Positions 63,472 to 64,000 of a DNA stretch of 64,000 nucleotides are shown piece after piece; positions within the stretch are counted from its first letter, which is position 1, and the number at the start of each line of letters is the position of its first letter. The stretch is taken from positions 54,042-118,041 of the forward strand of contig JBBQRF010000001.1 of assembly GCA_038215155.1 (NCBI GenBank). The letters are read 5' to 3'. This DNA is from Minisyncoccia bacterium (GTDB lineage: Bacteria; Patescibacteriota; Minisyncoccia; Phycocordibacterales; CAJBRS01). A model generated the notes under the pieces. That model saw nothing but the letters and a program-made list of their open reading frames with translations. It was not told the DNA's origin and ran no database searches. The position numbers and the translations under genes are program-made.

Positions 63472-63978
63472 TCAAAGCGATGGATTGGGATTGAGAGACC
63501 GAAAAGTCAGTGGTCGGAAAATAATGCCGACTGGAGATTGAAATTTGGTTTGTTCCGGAGTCCAAGTAGAACATTGCGCAAGGATCTTCTGATCCAGATT
63601 AAGGGGAGCATCCGGTGCTTGATGTGCATTTTGAAATTCCATTTTCGAGACAACTACTCCATCAGTTCCCGTCCAAAGATAGACTTTGTCGGAAGTACCA
63701 ATAATATGAGTTTCGTAAGAATTATTCTGGGTGGTCACTTTTATATCCCCTCTCATTTGTCCATCACCAAAATAGAAATTGCCTTTTACTTCTGCGGTGG
63801 CACTCTTAAATGTGCACTTTGAATTTTTATTTTCCAAAAGCTTTCGCAGGGAAGTAGTGGTGGATGTTGAATTTTTTACCACGGAATGAGGATGGTTTAA
63901 AGAATAAATAACTCCCCAGATTAAAAGAATTAGTAAAACGATTATCGCTCCTATCGCAACATAAGAAGAATTTTTCAT
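63472..63978 (-). CDS. hypothetical signal-anchored protein
   Basis: 168 aa with an N-terminal TM segment (YVAIGAIIVLLILLIWGVIY). No family recognised. Confidence 0.5.
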   Translation of the reverse strand: MKNSSYVAIGAIIVLLILLIWGVIYSLNHPHSVVKNSTSTTTSLRKLLENKNSKCTFKSATAEVKGNFYFGDGQMRGDIKVTTQNNSYETHIIGTSDKVYLWTGTDGVVVSKMEFQNAHQAPDAPLNLDQKILAQCSTWTPEQTKFQSPVGIIFRPLTFRSLNPNPSL

Positions 63979-64000
63979 TTAGCTTTTTTGCCCAGCCGAT

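Noticed and set aside
1-64000. Alternative genetic code (UGA recoding, as in some CPR lineages), CRISPR arrays, transposases, integrases and prophage genes.
   Set aside because: Long ORFs are intact under the standard code and TGA clearly terminates genes (for example 53044-53046 and 34890-34892). I saw no repeat-spacer periodicity and no transposase- or integrase-like ORF.
63979-64000. A 22-nt tail of another minus-strand ORF (…SAGQKS-TAA), ending immediately before the ATG at 63978.
   Set aside because: It is too short to identify. It is noted only as evidence that the operon continues beyond the right edge.

Overview
A 64-kb, gene-dense, AT-rich bacterial window with about 72 protein genes, roughly 90% of them on the minus strand. 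I found no rRNA, tRNA, CRISPR array, transposase or integrase. Several features are consistent with a reduced-genome, CPR/Patescibacteria-like organism, but this is inference only: an AspRS without the insertion domain, an AlaRS without the C-Ala domain, a short L13, many small hypothetical membrane proteins, and ribosomal and chaperone operons packed together. The standard genetic code fits, since TGA is used as a stop.

Housekeeping blocks, in order:
- MarR and a fasciclin-domain protein
- csp, a small ORF and a DEAD-box helicase
- rarA
- an SOS-regulated small ORF followed by lexA
- asnB, an M23 peptidase, gltX, murG-ftsW-mraY and a D,D-carboxypeptidase
- scpAB, an ABC exporter, aspS-trpS
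- dnaJ-dnaK-X-grpE
- rpsI-rplM-rplQ-rpoA-rpsD-rpsK-rpsM-rpmJ-infA
- alaS, an M29 aminopeptidase, a family-4 UDG, pcm, two PD-(D/E)XK nucleases, mnmA, mltG
- a sigma-region-4/HARE-HTH protein, leuS, ychF and an FkbM methyltransferase

The one clearly accessory region is about 24.5-35.5 kb. It holds a co-directional nine-gene cluster that I cannot assign to any described pathway. In transcription order the cluster encodes:
- a protein ending in CxxCxxCxxCxxC, followed by a terminator hairpin
- a SAM methyltransferase
- a ThiF/E1-like adenylase
- a Leu/Phe-dehydrogenase-family enzyme
- a PaaK/F390-synthetase-like ligase
- an Acg-type nitroreductase
- an orphan sensor kinase
- an unannotated 39-aa ORF, followed by a terminator hairpin
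- an MdnC-like ATP-grasp enzyme

Next to the cluster lie an M16 protease and a second unannotated 38-aa Cys/Asp/Ser-rich ORF. All functional calls come from motifs I read by eye. No database search was possible.
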